DNA from: Candidatus Foliamicus sp.
GTDB lineage: Bacteria > Pseudomonadota > Gammaproteobacteria > Steroidobacterales > Foliamicaceae
NCBI GenBank assembly: GCA_965221325.1
Contig: OZ244880.1
Length of the DNA: 64,000 nt
Strand: one strand, 5' to 3'
Position numbers and translations under genes: made by a program. Numbering within the stretch: the stretch's first letter is position 1; the number at the start of each line of letters is the position of its first letter. Positions 41,255-49,620 of this stretch are shown here, piece by piece. The notes below the pieces were generated by a model that made no database searches, had not been told where the DNA came from, and worked only from the letters and a program-made list of their open reading frames with translations.

Positions 41255-41947
41255 CTACGGACGCAGCCATATGAACGATGCCTGGCGGGCCGATCCGCCG
41301 TCACGGCGATAGGAATGAAAGCGCCGCGGATCGGAGTAGGTACACCAATGGCCGCCATAAATCCTCGAAATGCCGAGGCGGCGCAGTTGGTCCCGCGCGA
41401 GCGCAACCAGGTCCAGCAGCCAGCGGTCGTCGCCCTGCTGGGAGAAGAAACGCGCCGCCCGCGGGCTGGCCCGAGTAATGCTTCCGAACACATCGCCGCC
41501 CACTTCGTAAACGGACGCGCCGATTCCGGGTCCTATCCAAGCCATTATCCGGCCCGCATCCAGACGGCGGTCTCCGCCCCTGCACAAGGCGCCAATGGTG
41601 GAGGCCAGGACGCCAGCGGCCAGGCCCCGCCAGCCCGCATGCGCGGCGCCGACGCGGCTGCCGGCCTGGTCGCAAAGCAACACCGGAAGGCAATCCGCCG
41701 TGCGCAAGGCGCAGGCGCGCCCGGAACCGAAAGCGACTACGCCGTCAGCCCGCACCCTTGTCCATTCCTCATCCGCGCATGCCACAGAAGCGCCATGCAC
41801 TTGCGCCATCCAGCGCGGCGCCCCGGGAACTTCGAACTGCAGCCAGGCTTGTTCCGGTTCCAGCCCGCGCTCCGTGCTCAAGGCGCAAACCGCGGCCGGA
41901 GCCGGCCATTCCGGTTGAATCACATGCTCCACGAAAAACCGTCCCAA
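41255..41947 (-). CDS. pgeF: Peptidoglycan editing factor PgeF (YfiH, laccase-domain protein)
   Basis: GAAHAGWRGLAAGV motif, in the conserved rluD-pgeF-clpB position. An alternative GTG start at 41923 forms GTGA with the rluD stop. Confidence 0.85.
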   Translation of the reverse strand: MGRFFVEHVIQPEWPAPAAVCALSTERGLEPEQAWLQFEVPGAPRWMAQVHGASVACADEEWTRVRADGVVAFGSGRACALRTADCLPVLLCDQAGSRVGAAHAGWRGLAAGVLASTIGALCRGGDRRLDAGRIMAWIGPGIGASVYEVGGDVFGSITRASPRAARFFSQQGDDRWLLDLVALARDQLRRLGISRIYGGHWCTYSDPRRFHSYRRDGGSARQASFIWLRP

Positions 41948-42885
41948 TCGCGTTCCTGTCCGGCCAGTTCATCAAGCAGCGCTCGGATGTCGCCAGGCAG
42001 CGGCGCGACAAACACGCACGCCTTCCCGGTAGCCGGATGGGCCAAGCGCAGTTCCCGGGCATGCAGCGCGGGGCGGCCGAAATCCTGGTGGGCGGGCGCA
42101 TACAGGGAATCTCCGATCAGCGGGAATCCGATGTGGGCCAAGTGCGCCCGGATCTGGTGCGTACGCCCGGTCTCCAGGCGAACCGCCAGGAAGCAGGTCT
42201 TGTCAAAGCGCTGCAGCACCCGGAAATGGCTCACAGCGCGCCGTCCGCCCGGCCGCACTGCAATTCGCAGGCGGTCGCGCGGATGGCGCCCCAGCGGCGC
42301 GTCAATGGTTGCCCCTGCCACCGGGCAGCCGCGGGCCACGGCCCGGTACTCGCGCCGGACGCATCGCGCCTCAAGGTCGCGGGTGAGCTTCTGGTGGGCG
42401 CCCGCGGTGCGGGCAATCATCAACAGGCCGCTGGTGCCGGCGTCCAGCCTATGCACCAGTCCGAACCGCGGCACCGCGGCCAACTCCGGAAAACGGTGCA
42501 ACAAACCGTTCTGCAGCGTACCGTCCGGATTGCCCGCGCCCGGGTGGACTACCAAGCCTGCCGGTTTGTCCACCACGATCAGGTGCTCATCGGCATGCCT
42601 CACTTCAAAGGCAACCGGTTGCGGCTCGACTGCGCCTTCCGCGGCAAGCTCCGCGCGAATATCGTAGGTTTGCTGGGCTTCCACCAGCGTCCTGGGCCGC
42701 CGAATCGCAGCCTGTCCCCTGAAGACCTGCCCACCTTGTATCCATGCCTTGATCAGGCTGCGGGAGAATTCCGGTATCAGCGCGGCCAGCGCCGCGTCCA
42801 GACGGCGTCCCGCGAGCCGGTCCGGCACAACCACGCTGCGGACGACGCTACGCTTCATGCGCGGAGGCCTTTCGCTATACTGCAC
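41920..42885 (-). CDS. rluD: 23S rRNA pseudouridine synthase RluD
   Basis: S4-like N-terminus and VHRLDAGTSGLLMIA catalytic motif. Divergent from bamD, as in other Gammaproteobacteria. Confidence 0.9.
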   Translation of the reverse strand: MQYSERPPRMKRSVVRSVVVPDRLAGRRLDAALAALIPEFSRSLIKAWIQGGQVFRGQAAIRRPRTLVEAQQTYDIRAELAAEGAVEPQPVAFEVRHADEHLIVVDKPAGLVVHPGAGNPDGTLQNGLLHRFPELAAVPRFGLVHRLDAGTSGLLMIARTAGAHQKLTRDLEARCVRREYRAVARGCPVAGATIDAPLGRHPRDRLRIAVRPGGRRAVSHFRVLQRFDKTCFLAVRLETGRTHQIRAHLAHIGFPLIGDSLYAPAHQDFGRPALHARELRLAHPATGKACVFVAPLPGDIRALLDELAGQERDWDGFSWSM

Positions 42886-42915
42886 ACCTTAGTCACTGTC
42901 GAGACCGGTTTTCGA

Positions 42916-43704
42916 ATGAGGTCAACGCGACAACTTGCCGGAATTCTAATCGCGGCCGCCGCATGCGCCATGCTGGCCGGCTGCGGGCGTGGCGACGAAC
43001 GCGACGAGTTGTCGGCCGCGGACGTGCTATACGAGCAGGGGCATGCGGCGTTGCAAGGCGGCGATTTCCGCAAGGCTCTGCGCTTTCTGGGCGCGCTCAA
43101 GGCGCGCTTTCCGTTCAATCCTCAGACCCGTCAGGCGCAACTGGAAATCATCTATTGCCATTACCGGCTCAGGGATCAGGACAGTGCGGTCGAAGCGGCG
43201 CGCGAGTTCGAGCGGGAGAACCCGCGCCATCCGAATGTGGATTACGCCATCTACATGCGCGGGCTGGCGCTTTTCGCCCGGCAGCCCGGACGATTCGGGC
43301 GCCTGTTTCGCGTCGACTACTCCCGCCGTCCGGTCATGACCGCCGGCGAATCGTTCGACGCCTTCGCTCAGTTGGCCGCCCGCTACCCCGAAAGCGAGTA
43401 TGCCGCCGACGCCCGCCGGCGCATGGTTTTCCTGCGCAATCGCATGGCGCGCTTCGAAAATCACGTCGCCGACTACTACCTGCGGCGCGGTGCATGGATC
43501 GCGGCCGCCAACCGCGCGCGCTACGCCGTGGAGACATACCGCGGCTCGCCGGAAATCGCCGAATCCCTCAAGATCATGACCAAAGCCTATCGGCGCGTAG
43601 GCATGGACGACCTGGCGGCCGATTCGGAACGCATGCTGGCGGCAAACTTTCCTGGCGAGAAAATCGAAGACGAGCAACCCCGGCGGCGATTTTTCTTTTT
43701 TTAG
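42916..43704 (+). CDS. bamD: Outer-membrane protein assembly factor BamD
   Basis: Only the last 263 codons of track ORF 41758..43704 are real. MRSTRQLAGILIAAAACAMLAGCG (lipobox), then TPR-like repeats (LYEQGHAALQGGDFRKALRFL, DYYLRRGAWIAA). Confidence 0.9.
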   Translation: MRSTRQLAGILIAAAACAMLAGCGRGDERDELSAADVLYEQGHAALQGGDFRKALRFLGALKARFPFNPQTRQAQLEIIYCHYRLRDQDSAVEAAREFERENPRHPNVDYAIYMRGLALFARQPGRFGRLFRVDYSRRPVMTAGESFDAFAQLAARYPESEYAADARRRMVFLRNRMARFENHVADYYLRRGAWIAAANRARYAVETYRGSPEIAESLKIMTKAYRRVGMDDLAADSERMLAANFPGEKIEDEQPRRRFFFF

Positions 43705-43751
43705 TGTTATCGGTGGCGTACGGCTGGCTTCAATCCAATAGCCGGTTGCCA

Positions 43752-45509
43752 TCACTCAGGTCGTAGATCGAAGACCCAGTCGCCAATGCGCAGGTCCAGG
43801 AACATACGAGACGGAATCACCGCTTCAATGTCTGCCTCGGCGAGTTCTTCGAGCAGAAAATCCATGGACTGCTCCGAATTGATGACATCGGACCCGTAAC
43901 GTCTCCAATCACCGCCAGAGCTTTCGTACACACACTCGGCGAATATGCTTGTCTCTGCACCGTGATCGTGGAGCCAGATCGCGACGTACTCAGGGCGGTC
44001 ATTCGCGTCCAGGTCAGTCAGAACAAGGAACCGAGGCGGCGCGGCCGCTATTTGCGGGTCCGCAATTTCCTGCAAGTAGTCCCATAGACCATCCGGCGCC
44101 GCAAGAGTATCCGGCCGCCTGACAGTCATCCCCCTCTGCTCCGCGCTCCAGGGCAATCTGGACGCCTCATCCTCAAGTGCGGCTCGAAGTCGCTGTGCGT
44201 AGACGGGATTCGACTCGTCAAGCTCGGCAAGCAGTGACTGCATCCTCAGATAGCCGGGACGCGCGAGTGATGTCTTTACGTAGTCAACATCGAGCTGCTC
44301 AATTGACGCCGCGCCTGCCTCAATCGGACCGAACTGACTCCAAGCCGAAATGGCGCGGAAGTTGGCGAGCGGAGACGCGGTGAGCAGCAGTGACGCAAGC
44401 ACCACCCAAGACATGAATTGATTGATTTGAGGCAGCCCGCCGTGCCAAGCGGCACGCGCCCTGATGATGACGTACAAGTAACCCGACGAGAAGCACGCCA
44501 TGAGCAGTACGATCAGCAGCGCCCAGCAGCGCTGTACGGTCCAGCCATACTGCCCCACCCGCAGCGCAATGCCGTAGGACGCCAGCACCGACAGGATCGG
44601 AAGCAACGCGATACCCACCGTCAACGCCCGGTGCATCCACGCTGGATAGGGGATGCGTTCGCCGGTCTGATACACGGCATTCAGGAACAGCAGTCCAAGG
44701 AGGTTGGCGATCATCAAGATGGAGGTGCCGTTATCGGTGTCCCAGAGCGGTTGCAAGCCGACAAAGGGGAGCGTTGACAGAAACGCAGCGATGACGAACA
44801 GCAGCAACGGCAGCAGCAGCCACGTGAGGCGGACAAGGAGCGAGGAGACGCTGTCGATTACCGAAGTGGCGTCGCGAAAGCTGCTCAATCCGAAAGCGAA
44901 CACAGCGGCGAGCACCGGCCACAGGAACCATTCCTTTTCAAACAAGTCGTCAAAGAATTTGATGCCTATGGCTTTGAACAGCGCTCCCCATACGAACAGC
45001 ACCAGCCGGAGAGAAAGCGTCAGGGCCGCGGAGAGGCCGACCGTAACGAAGTTGCGCCACGACAGCGTAAAGAAAGTGTCGTAATTGGGTTCCATGCGCC
45101 ACACGTTGGCCTGCAGGTGGAGCAGAGCCACGAAGTTCGCAAACAACATGGTCTGTGCAAAGACAAGCCTTACGCCAAGCTCGGAAAACTCGCCATAGGG
45201 TGTTGCTTGCCAACCGGTATACAGAGCCAGGAGGACCAGCGGCACAGAGAATCCGCTTACCCAGGCAACTGCTCGCAGACGATCCCCGTGCCTGAAACTG
45301 AGCATAAAGAGTAGCGGCCATGCCAAAACCAGCAGCCAGAGCGAGAAGTAGATTGGCGGGCGCGCTTGGAGCCAGGTTTCGCTTTCAGTCAATCCCGCGG
45401 CGATGGCGCCTTGAAGGAAACCTATGACTACGAACAACGCGCGTTCAGGCACGCGCTCGAAAAACTCCTTGATCGTCAGACTTGCGGATTGTGCTTTTGC
45501 TTCGCTCAT
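43752..45509 (-). CDS. Large polytopic membrane protein (~11 TM) with a ~190-aa soluble acidic C-terminal domain; function unknown
   Basis: Trimmed to MSEAKAQS (GGAGG 10 nt upstream). About 11 hydrophobic helices through residue ~400, then a soluble tail. The overall look suggests the DUF4153 family, but I cannot verify that. Confidence 0.7.
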   Translation of the reverse strand: MSEAKAQSASLTIKEFFERVPERALFVVIGFLQGAIAAGLTESETWLQARPPIYFSLWLLVLAWPLLFMLSFRHGDRLRAVAWVSGFSVPLVLLALYTGWQATPYGEFSELGVRLVFAQTMLFANFVALLHLQANVWRMEPNYDTFFTLSWRNFVTVGLSAALTLSLRLVLFVWGALFKAIGIKFFDDLFEKEWFLWPVLAAVFAFGLSSFRDATSVIDSVSSLLVRLTWLLLPLLLFVIAAFLSTLPFVGLQPLWDTDNGTSILMIANLLGLLFLNAVYQTGERIPYPAWMHRALTVGIALLPILSVLASYGIALRVGQYGWTVQRCWALLIVLLMACFSSGYLYVIIRARAAWHGGLPQINQFMSWVVLASLLLTASPLANFRAISAWSQFGPIEAGAASIEQLDVDYVKTSLARPGYLRMQSLLAELDESNPVYAQRLRAALEDEASRLPWSAEQRGMTVRRPDTLAAPDGLWDYLQEIADPQIAAAPPRFLVLTDLDANDRPEYVAIWLHDHGAETSIFAECVYESSGGDWRRYGSDVINSEQSMDFLLEELAEADIEAVIPSRMFLDLRIGDWVFDLRPE

Positions 45510-45584
45510 GGTGCGGATACCTCCAGTTGCCACGCGCCGATACGCGGCGAAACTGGGGCTCCACTATACGGGCGGGGCTCGGGC

Positions 45585-46259
45585 CTACTGTTCGAGAGGA
45601 ATAAGCGAGGCGACCCGCTTGATGCGACCCTGCTTGCCCGGTGGCCCCAGGGTGATGCAGGCTGCCGTGGGCCGCGTGATTTCGTATTCGCCAGGCGAAT
45701 AGCGCGAGTACCTGCGGCGCATGACATCCTCGCAAAGCGATAGCCGGTACTCGCGCTCAAGGTGACTGAAACGCACACGCACCACTTTCTCGGCCGAAAC
45801 CGGTCGGCGGGTCACGTCTATCGTGTAACTCTCAAGTTCGATCAGCAGCAGCGAAGAGTCGAGTTCCGTCGCTTCCGGCGCCAGAACGCGATCGTGCGAG
45901 CCCGCCTTGGTTGAAGTCTTGTCCGACCAAAGCGTCAAAGGGGACGTGCATAAGTCTCCGAGCAGTTCCCGCGGATAAGTCCCCACCTTGCGCCAGCGAG
46001 GTCTTGGGGCCACCAGCAGGTTCTCCGTTTGCGGTGGATTCGGCGCGGCGCCTGCGACCGGCGCCGTAAACACATCCAGCGGCCGCGCCGGCGACTTGTT
46101 GCGATAACGAACGGCGTTCAAGGAAAGAGCGCCCTCCTCCCCATCGCCCAGCAAACGGGCCCACGAACCCAAGCGCTCGCCATCGAAATGTATTGCGGCT
46201 ACCCGAAATCCGCTGCCCGCTTCGTATCGGGCCACACAGATAAATTGTCTGATTTCCAC
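45585..46259 (-). CDS. Hypothetical soluble protein, 224 aa
   Basis: GTG start 24 nt after the rluC stop, with no clear SD. No signal peptide or TM. Coding-like composition. See findings for a tentative pattern resemblance. Confidence 0.55.
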   Translation of the reverse strand: MEIRQFICVARYEAGSGFRVAAIHFDGERLGSWARLLGDGEEGALSLNAVRYRNKSPARPLDVFTAPVAGAAPNPPQTENLLVAPRPRWRKVGTYPRELLGDLCTSPLTLWSDKTSTKAGSHDRVLAPEATELDSSLLLIELESYTIDVTRRPVSAEKVVRVRFSHLEREYRLSLCEDVMRRRYSRYSPGEYEITRPTAACITLGPPGKQGRIKRVASLIPLEQ

Positions 46260-46283
46260 CGAAAAATCCGAAAGACGGCCATT

Positions 46284-47228
46284 TTATGTTTTTCGTCCTG
46301 ATCGGCCAAATTCGGCCGAACCCAGCCTGTGCAGCGAAGCTTCCAGCTCGTCCGGCAATGGCGCACGCAAAACCAGCTTTCGACCGCTCACTGGATGCCG
46401 CAGGCGCAGCTCCGCGGCGTGCAGAAACAGACGCCTCAACGCAATGCGCGCGGCCAACGCGCTTTTCGAGCGCCCATAGCGGTCGTCGCCCAGCACGGAA
46501 TGGCCTATTGCCGCAGCATGCGCCCTGATCTGGTGCGTGCGGCCGGTAAACGGAATAGCTCTGACCAGCGTGGCGCGCTCCCAACGCTTGCGCGGCAGGA
46601 AACAGGTGCTGGCGGGTTGTCCCGAGCCGACCAGAACCCGGCGCTCGCCCCCGGAACGATACGAGCGGTCCAGAGGCAGGTCCACCTTGCGCTCGCCCCC
46701 ACGCCAGCATCCGGCGAGCAGGGCCGTATAGATCTTTTCGACCTCGCCTTCGCGAAAAGCACGGTGCAAAGCGCGCAGGGCGCCTGCGTTGCGGGCCAGC
46801 ACCAGCAGTCCGCTGGTGGCGCGGTCGAGACGGTGGGCCAACTGAAGAAACCCTTGACTGGGCCGCGCCGCGCGCAGCAGTTCCACAGCGCCGAACTGCA
46901 CGGAACCGCCCGCATGCGCCGCCAATCCGGCCGGCTTGTCGAGCGCCAGCAGGAATTCGTCCTCGTGCACTACGAACTGTTCGATCCAGCGCGCCCGCGC
47001 GGGCATAAGCGGAGGCGGGCGGCGCTCCAGGCGCGGCGGCAGGCGCACCTCGTCGCCGCAGCGTAGGCGGTGGCCCGAAGAAACACGGCCGCGGTTTACC
47101 CGCACTTCCCCCCGCCGAATCATGCGATGCACGCGCGCCGGCTGCATACGCTTGAGGCGGGCGGCCAGGAAATTGTCGAGACGACGCCCCGCATCGTCTT
47201 CGGAAACTATCAGAATGTTGTCTCTCAT
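46284..47228 (-). CDS. rluC: 23S rRNA pseudouridine synthase RluC
   Basis: Trimmed to MRDNILIVSEDDAGRRLDNFL (S4 domain). HRLDRATSGLLVLA catalytic motif. Divergent from rne, as in E. coli and Pseudomonas. Confidence 0.85.
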   Translation of the reverse strand: MRDNILIVSEDDAGRRLDNFLAARLKRMQPARVHRMIRRGEVRVNRGRVSSGHRLRCGDEVRLPPRLERRPPPLMPARARWIEQFVVHEDEFLLALDKPAGLAAHAGGSVQFGAVELLRAARPSQGFLQLAHRLDRATSGLLVLARNAGALRALHRAFREGEVEKIYTALLAGCWRGGERKVDLPLDRSYRSGGERRVLVGSGQPASTCFLPRKRWERATLVRAIPFTGRTHQIRAHAAAIGHSVLGDDRYGRSKSALAARIALRRLFLHAAELRLRHPVSGRKLVLRAPLPDELEASLHRLGSAEFGRSGRKT

Positions 47229-47345
47229 CAAGTCTGGACATGCACAAGCGTCAGGCGGCGAACGCGGAGCAAAACGCAATGTCTCGCGGCGCATTCCGCG
47301 TAATGACGCGCTTGCGAAGTCCAAAAGGCCCAAGCTGGCATGGCG

Positions 47346-47598
47346 TGCTATAGTATCCATCCACGCTGGAAGCCAGCGTAGGCGCGGATGAGCGCGCCAA
47401 CGGCAAAGCTGCCGAACCTGTTTCAAAATGCGGCGGAGAAACGCCGGTCATAACGCACTTGTGCCCCATGACCACAACGCCCGTTACGGGAGAATTTACC
47501 AATGAATAACCCGTATGCGCAGCGCGGCTGGCGCGGCCCGATTACGGTGCCCTGCGCGGTAGCGGCGTGGAACTGCCCCACCAAGGACGCGAGTCGCA
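47346..47598 (+). promoter_or_regulatory. Candidate rne promoter (extended -10 TGcTATAGT, 47346-47354) plus a long structured 5' leader
   Basis: 370-nt non-coding gap between rluC and rne. Hairpins ACGCTGG-aag-CCAGCGT (47363-47379), GGCGCG-gatgag-CGCGCC (47381-47398) and CGGCG-gagaaa-CGCCG (47431-47446). SD AAGGA at 47583-47587. Confidence 0.35.
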
Positions 47599-49575
47599 AT
47601 GAAAAGAATGCTTGTAAACGCCACCCAGCAGGAAGAGGTGCGCGTTGCCCTGGTCGATGGGCAACAACTTTATGATCTGGCCATTGAGCACAGAGAAAAG
47701 GAACAAAAGAAGGGCAACATATACAAGGGCCGCATCGCGCGCGTAGAGCCCAGCCTGGAGGCTGCCTTTGTAGATTTTGGCGCGGAGCGCCACGGTTTCC
47801 TGCCGCTTGATGACATCTCGCGCGAGTATTTTCTCAAGACGCCCGAACCCGGCCAGCCTCTGAACATCGCCGAGCTGGTCGAGGAAGGCCAACAGTTGGT
47901 GGTTCAGGTCGAAAAGGACGAGCGGGAAAACAAGGGCGCGGCCCTGAGCACGCTCATTTCCCTGGCCGGTCGCTACCTGGTCCTGAACGCCAACAATCCG
48001 CGCGGCGGCGGAGTGTCGCGTCAGGTGCGCGGCGATGATCGCCAGACCGTTCAGCAGCGGCTGGGCAAGCTCAAGATTCCCGAGGGAATGAGCGTGATCA
48101 TCCGCACCCAGGGCAACGAACGCAGCGTTGAAGAGTTGCAATGGGATCTCGACAACCAACTGCGCACCTGGGAGGCCATCAAGCTGGCGGTGTTCGAGCG
48201 CGATGCACCGTTTCTGGTTGTGCAGGAATCGAACGTAATGCTGCGGGCTGTGCGCGACTACCTGTCCGACTCGATCGGCGAAATCGTGGTGGACGACGAC
48301 TACGCCTACAACGACATACGCAGCTTCATGAAGCACACCATGCCGCACCTTTTGGAGCGGCTGCGGCGCCATGAAGGCGAGGTGCCGCTGTTCAACCGCT
48401 ACCAGATCGAAAGCCAGATCGACGCCGCCTACCGCCGCCGAGTGGACTTGCCTTCGGGCGGACAGATCATCATCGATCAGCCCGAGGCGGGGATCTGCGT
48501 GGACGTCAATTCGGCCCGCGCCACCTCCGGCGACGACATTGAGCAGACCGCGCTGCAGACCAATCTCGAGGCGGCCGACGCCATCGCCCGCCAATGCCGG
48601 ATTCGCGATTTATCCGGCCTCATAATGATCGACTTCATCGACATGCGGGGCGCGAGTGCGAACCGCCAGGTAGAAGACAGGCTGCGGCAAGCCACCCGAA
48701 ACGAGCCGGCGCGGATCCAGATCGGCCAGATTTCGCGCTTCGGCATCCTGGAAATGTCGCGGCAGCGCCTGCGAACGTCGCTGGTCGATGCCAGCCATGA
48801 GCCCTGCCCTCGATGCGGAGGGACCGGACGCATTCGGGGCGTCGAGTCCTTGGGTCTGCATATCCTGCGCATGATCAGCGAGGAAGCAGGCAAGGAGCGC
48901 ACCGCTCAGGTGGTGGCGGAGCTGCCGCTGGCAGTGGCGAACTTCCTGCTCAACGAAAAGCGGCAAGCCTTGAGCGAGATCGAGGACGTGTTCAAGATCA
49001 GCGCGGTCCTGGTAGCCAATTCAGCGATGGAAACGCCGCAATTCGCGCTGCGGCGTATTAGGGACAAGGCCGAAGAAGATGTGCCCAGCTACGAGATGGC
49101 GACGGTAACCCAGCCGCCTCCGGACGCGCTGCAGCCCAGCAGCGCAAAACCACCCGAAAAGCCCGCCGTTGAGCGCTCGCTGCCGGACACGGCGCCACCG
49201 GAACGCAAGATAAAAGCCACGGCGGCCAAGGCCAGGTCCGGAAAGAAGCGGGCCGAGGCACAAAACAAGCCGAAGCGCGGCTTCTTTGCCCGCCTGTTCG
49301 GTTTGGGGGCGAAAAAGAAGAAGAAACCCGAGCCGCCTCAAAGCAAACGCAAGCCGCCGCAACGGGCGCGGTCACGGCGCAAACCCAAGGGGCCGCCCAA
49401 GCAACAGGGCCAGGCAAGGACCGCAAAGACCAAAGCTCAGGCCGGACCGCAGGCCAACCGGGGCAAGTCGAGCGATGCGGACGGCTCACAAGCGCAAGCT
49501 CCGCGACGGCGGCGGCGGCGCCGTAGACGGCGGCCGGGAGGCGACGGGTCGCCTTCGTCCCCGCCTTCGTCCTGA
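47599..49575 (+). CDS. rne: Ribonuclease E (short form with a basic Arg/Lys/Pro-rich C-terminal tail)
   Basis: S1 domain GNIYKGRIARVEPSLEAAFVDFG, catalytic VDVNSARAT, Zn-link CPRCGGTG, and a basic low-complexity tail including ten consecutive Arg. Confidence 0.9.
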   Translation: MKRMLVNATQQEEVRVALVDGQQLYDLAIEHREKEQKKGNIYKGRIARVEPSLEAAFVDFGAERHGFLPLDDISREYFLKTPEPGQPLNIAELVEEGQQLVVQVEKDERENKGAALSTLISLAGRYLVLNANNPRGGGVSRQVRGDDRQTVQQRLGKLKIPEGMSVIIRTQGNERSVEELQWDLDNQLRTWEAIKLAVFERDAPFLVVQESNVMLRAVRDYLSDSIGEIVVDDDYAYNDIRSFMKHTMPHLLERLRRHEGEVPLFNRYQIESQIDAAYRRRVDLPSGGQIIIDQPEAGICVDVNSARATSGDDIEQTALQTNLEAADAIARQCRIRDLSGLIMIDFIDMRGASANRQVEDRLRQATRNEPARIQIGQISRFGILEMSRQRLRTSLVDASHEPCPRCGGTGRIRGVESLGLHILRMISEEAGKERTAQVVAELPLAVANFLLNEKRQALSEIEDVFKISAVLVANSAMETPQFALRRIRDKAEEDVPSYEMATVTQPPPDALQPSSAKPPEKPAVERSLPDTAPPERKIKATAAKARSGKKRAEAQNKPKRGFFARLFGLGAKKKKKPEPPQSKRKPPQRARSRRKPKGPPKQQGQARTAKTKAQAGPQANRGKSSDADGSQAQAPRRRRRRRRRRPGGDGSPSSPPSS

Positions 49576-49620
49576 GCGGCGGGCTCGTGTGCTATCCCGG
49601 AAACGGGTGTTATATCCCGT

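Noticed and set aside
41758-42915. N-terminal 386 codons of the 648-aa plus-strand ORF that ends as bamD
   Set aside because: This part is antisense to pgeF and rluD and has a low-complexity Arg/Ala/Pro composition. BamD begins at the lipoprotein signal peptide (ATG 42916), 30 nt from the divergent rluD start.
45832-47247. 471-aa minus-strand ORF spanning rluC and part of the 224-aa gene
   Set aside because: It is out of frame with rluC, which has the HRLDxxTSG motif and an S4 domain, and it is extremely Arg/Ala/Gly/Pro-rich. It is a GC-driven open frame.
49504-49533. CGG-rich tandem repeat as a possible microsatellite or repeat element
   Set aside because: It lies in frame within rne and encodes ten Arg residues using mixed Arg codons. 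It is a coding low-complexity segment, not an independent repeat feature.
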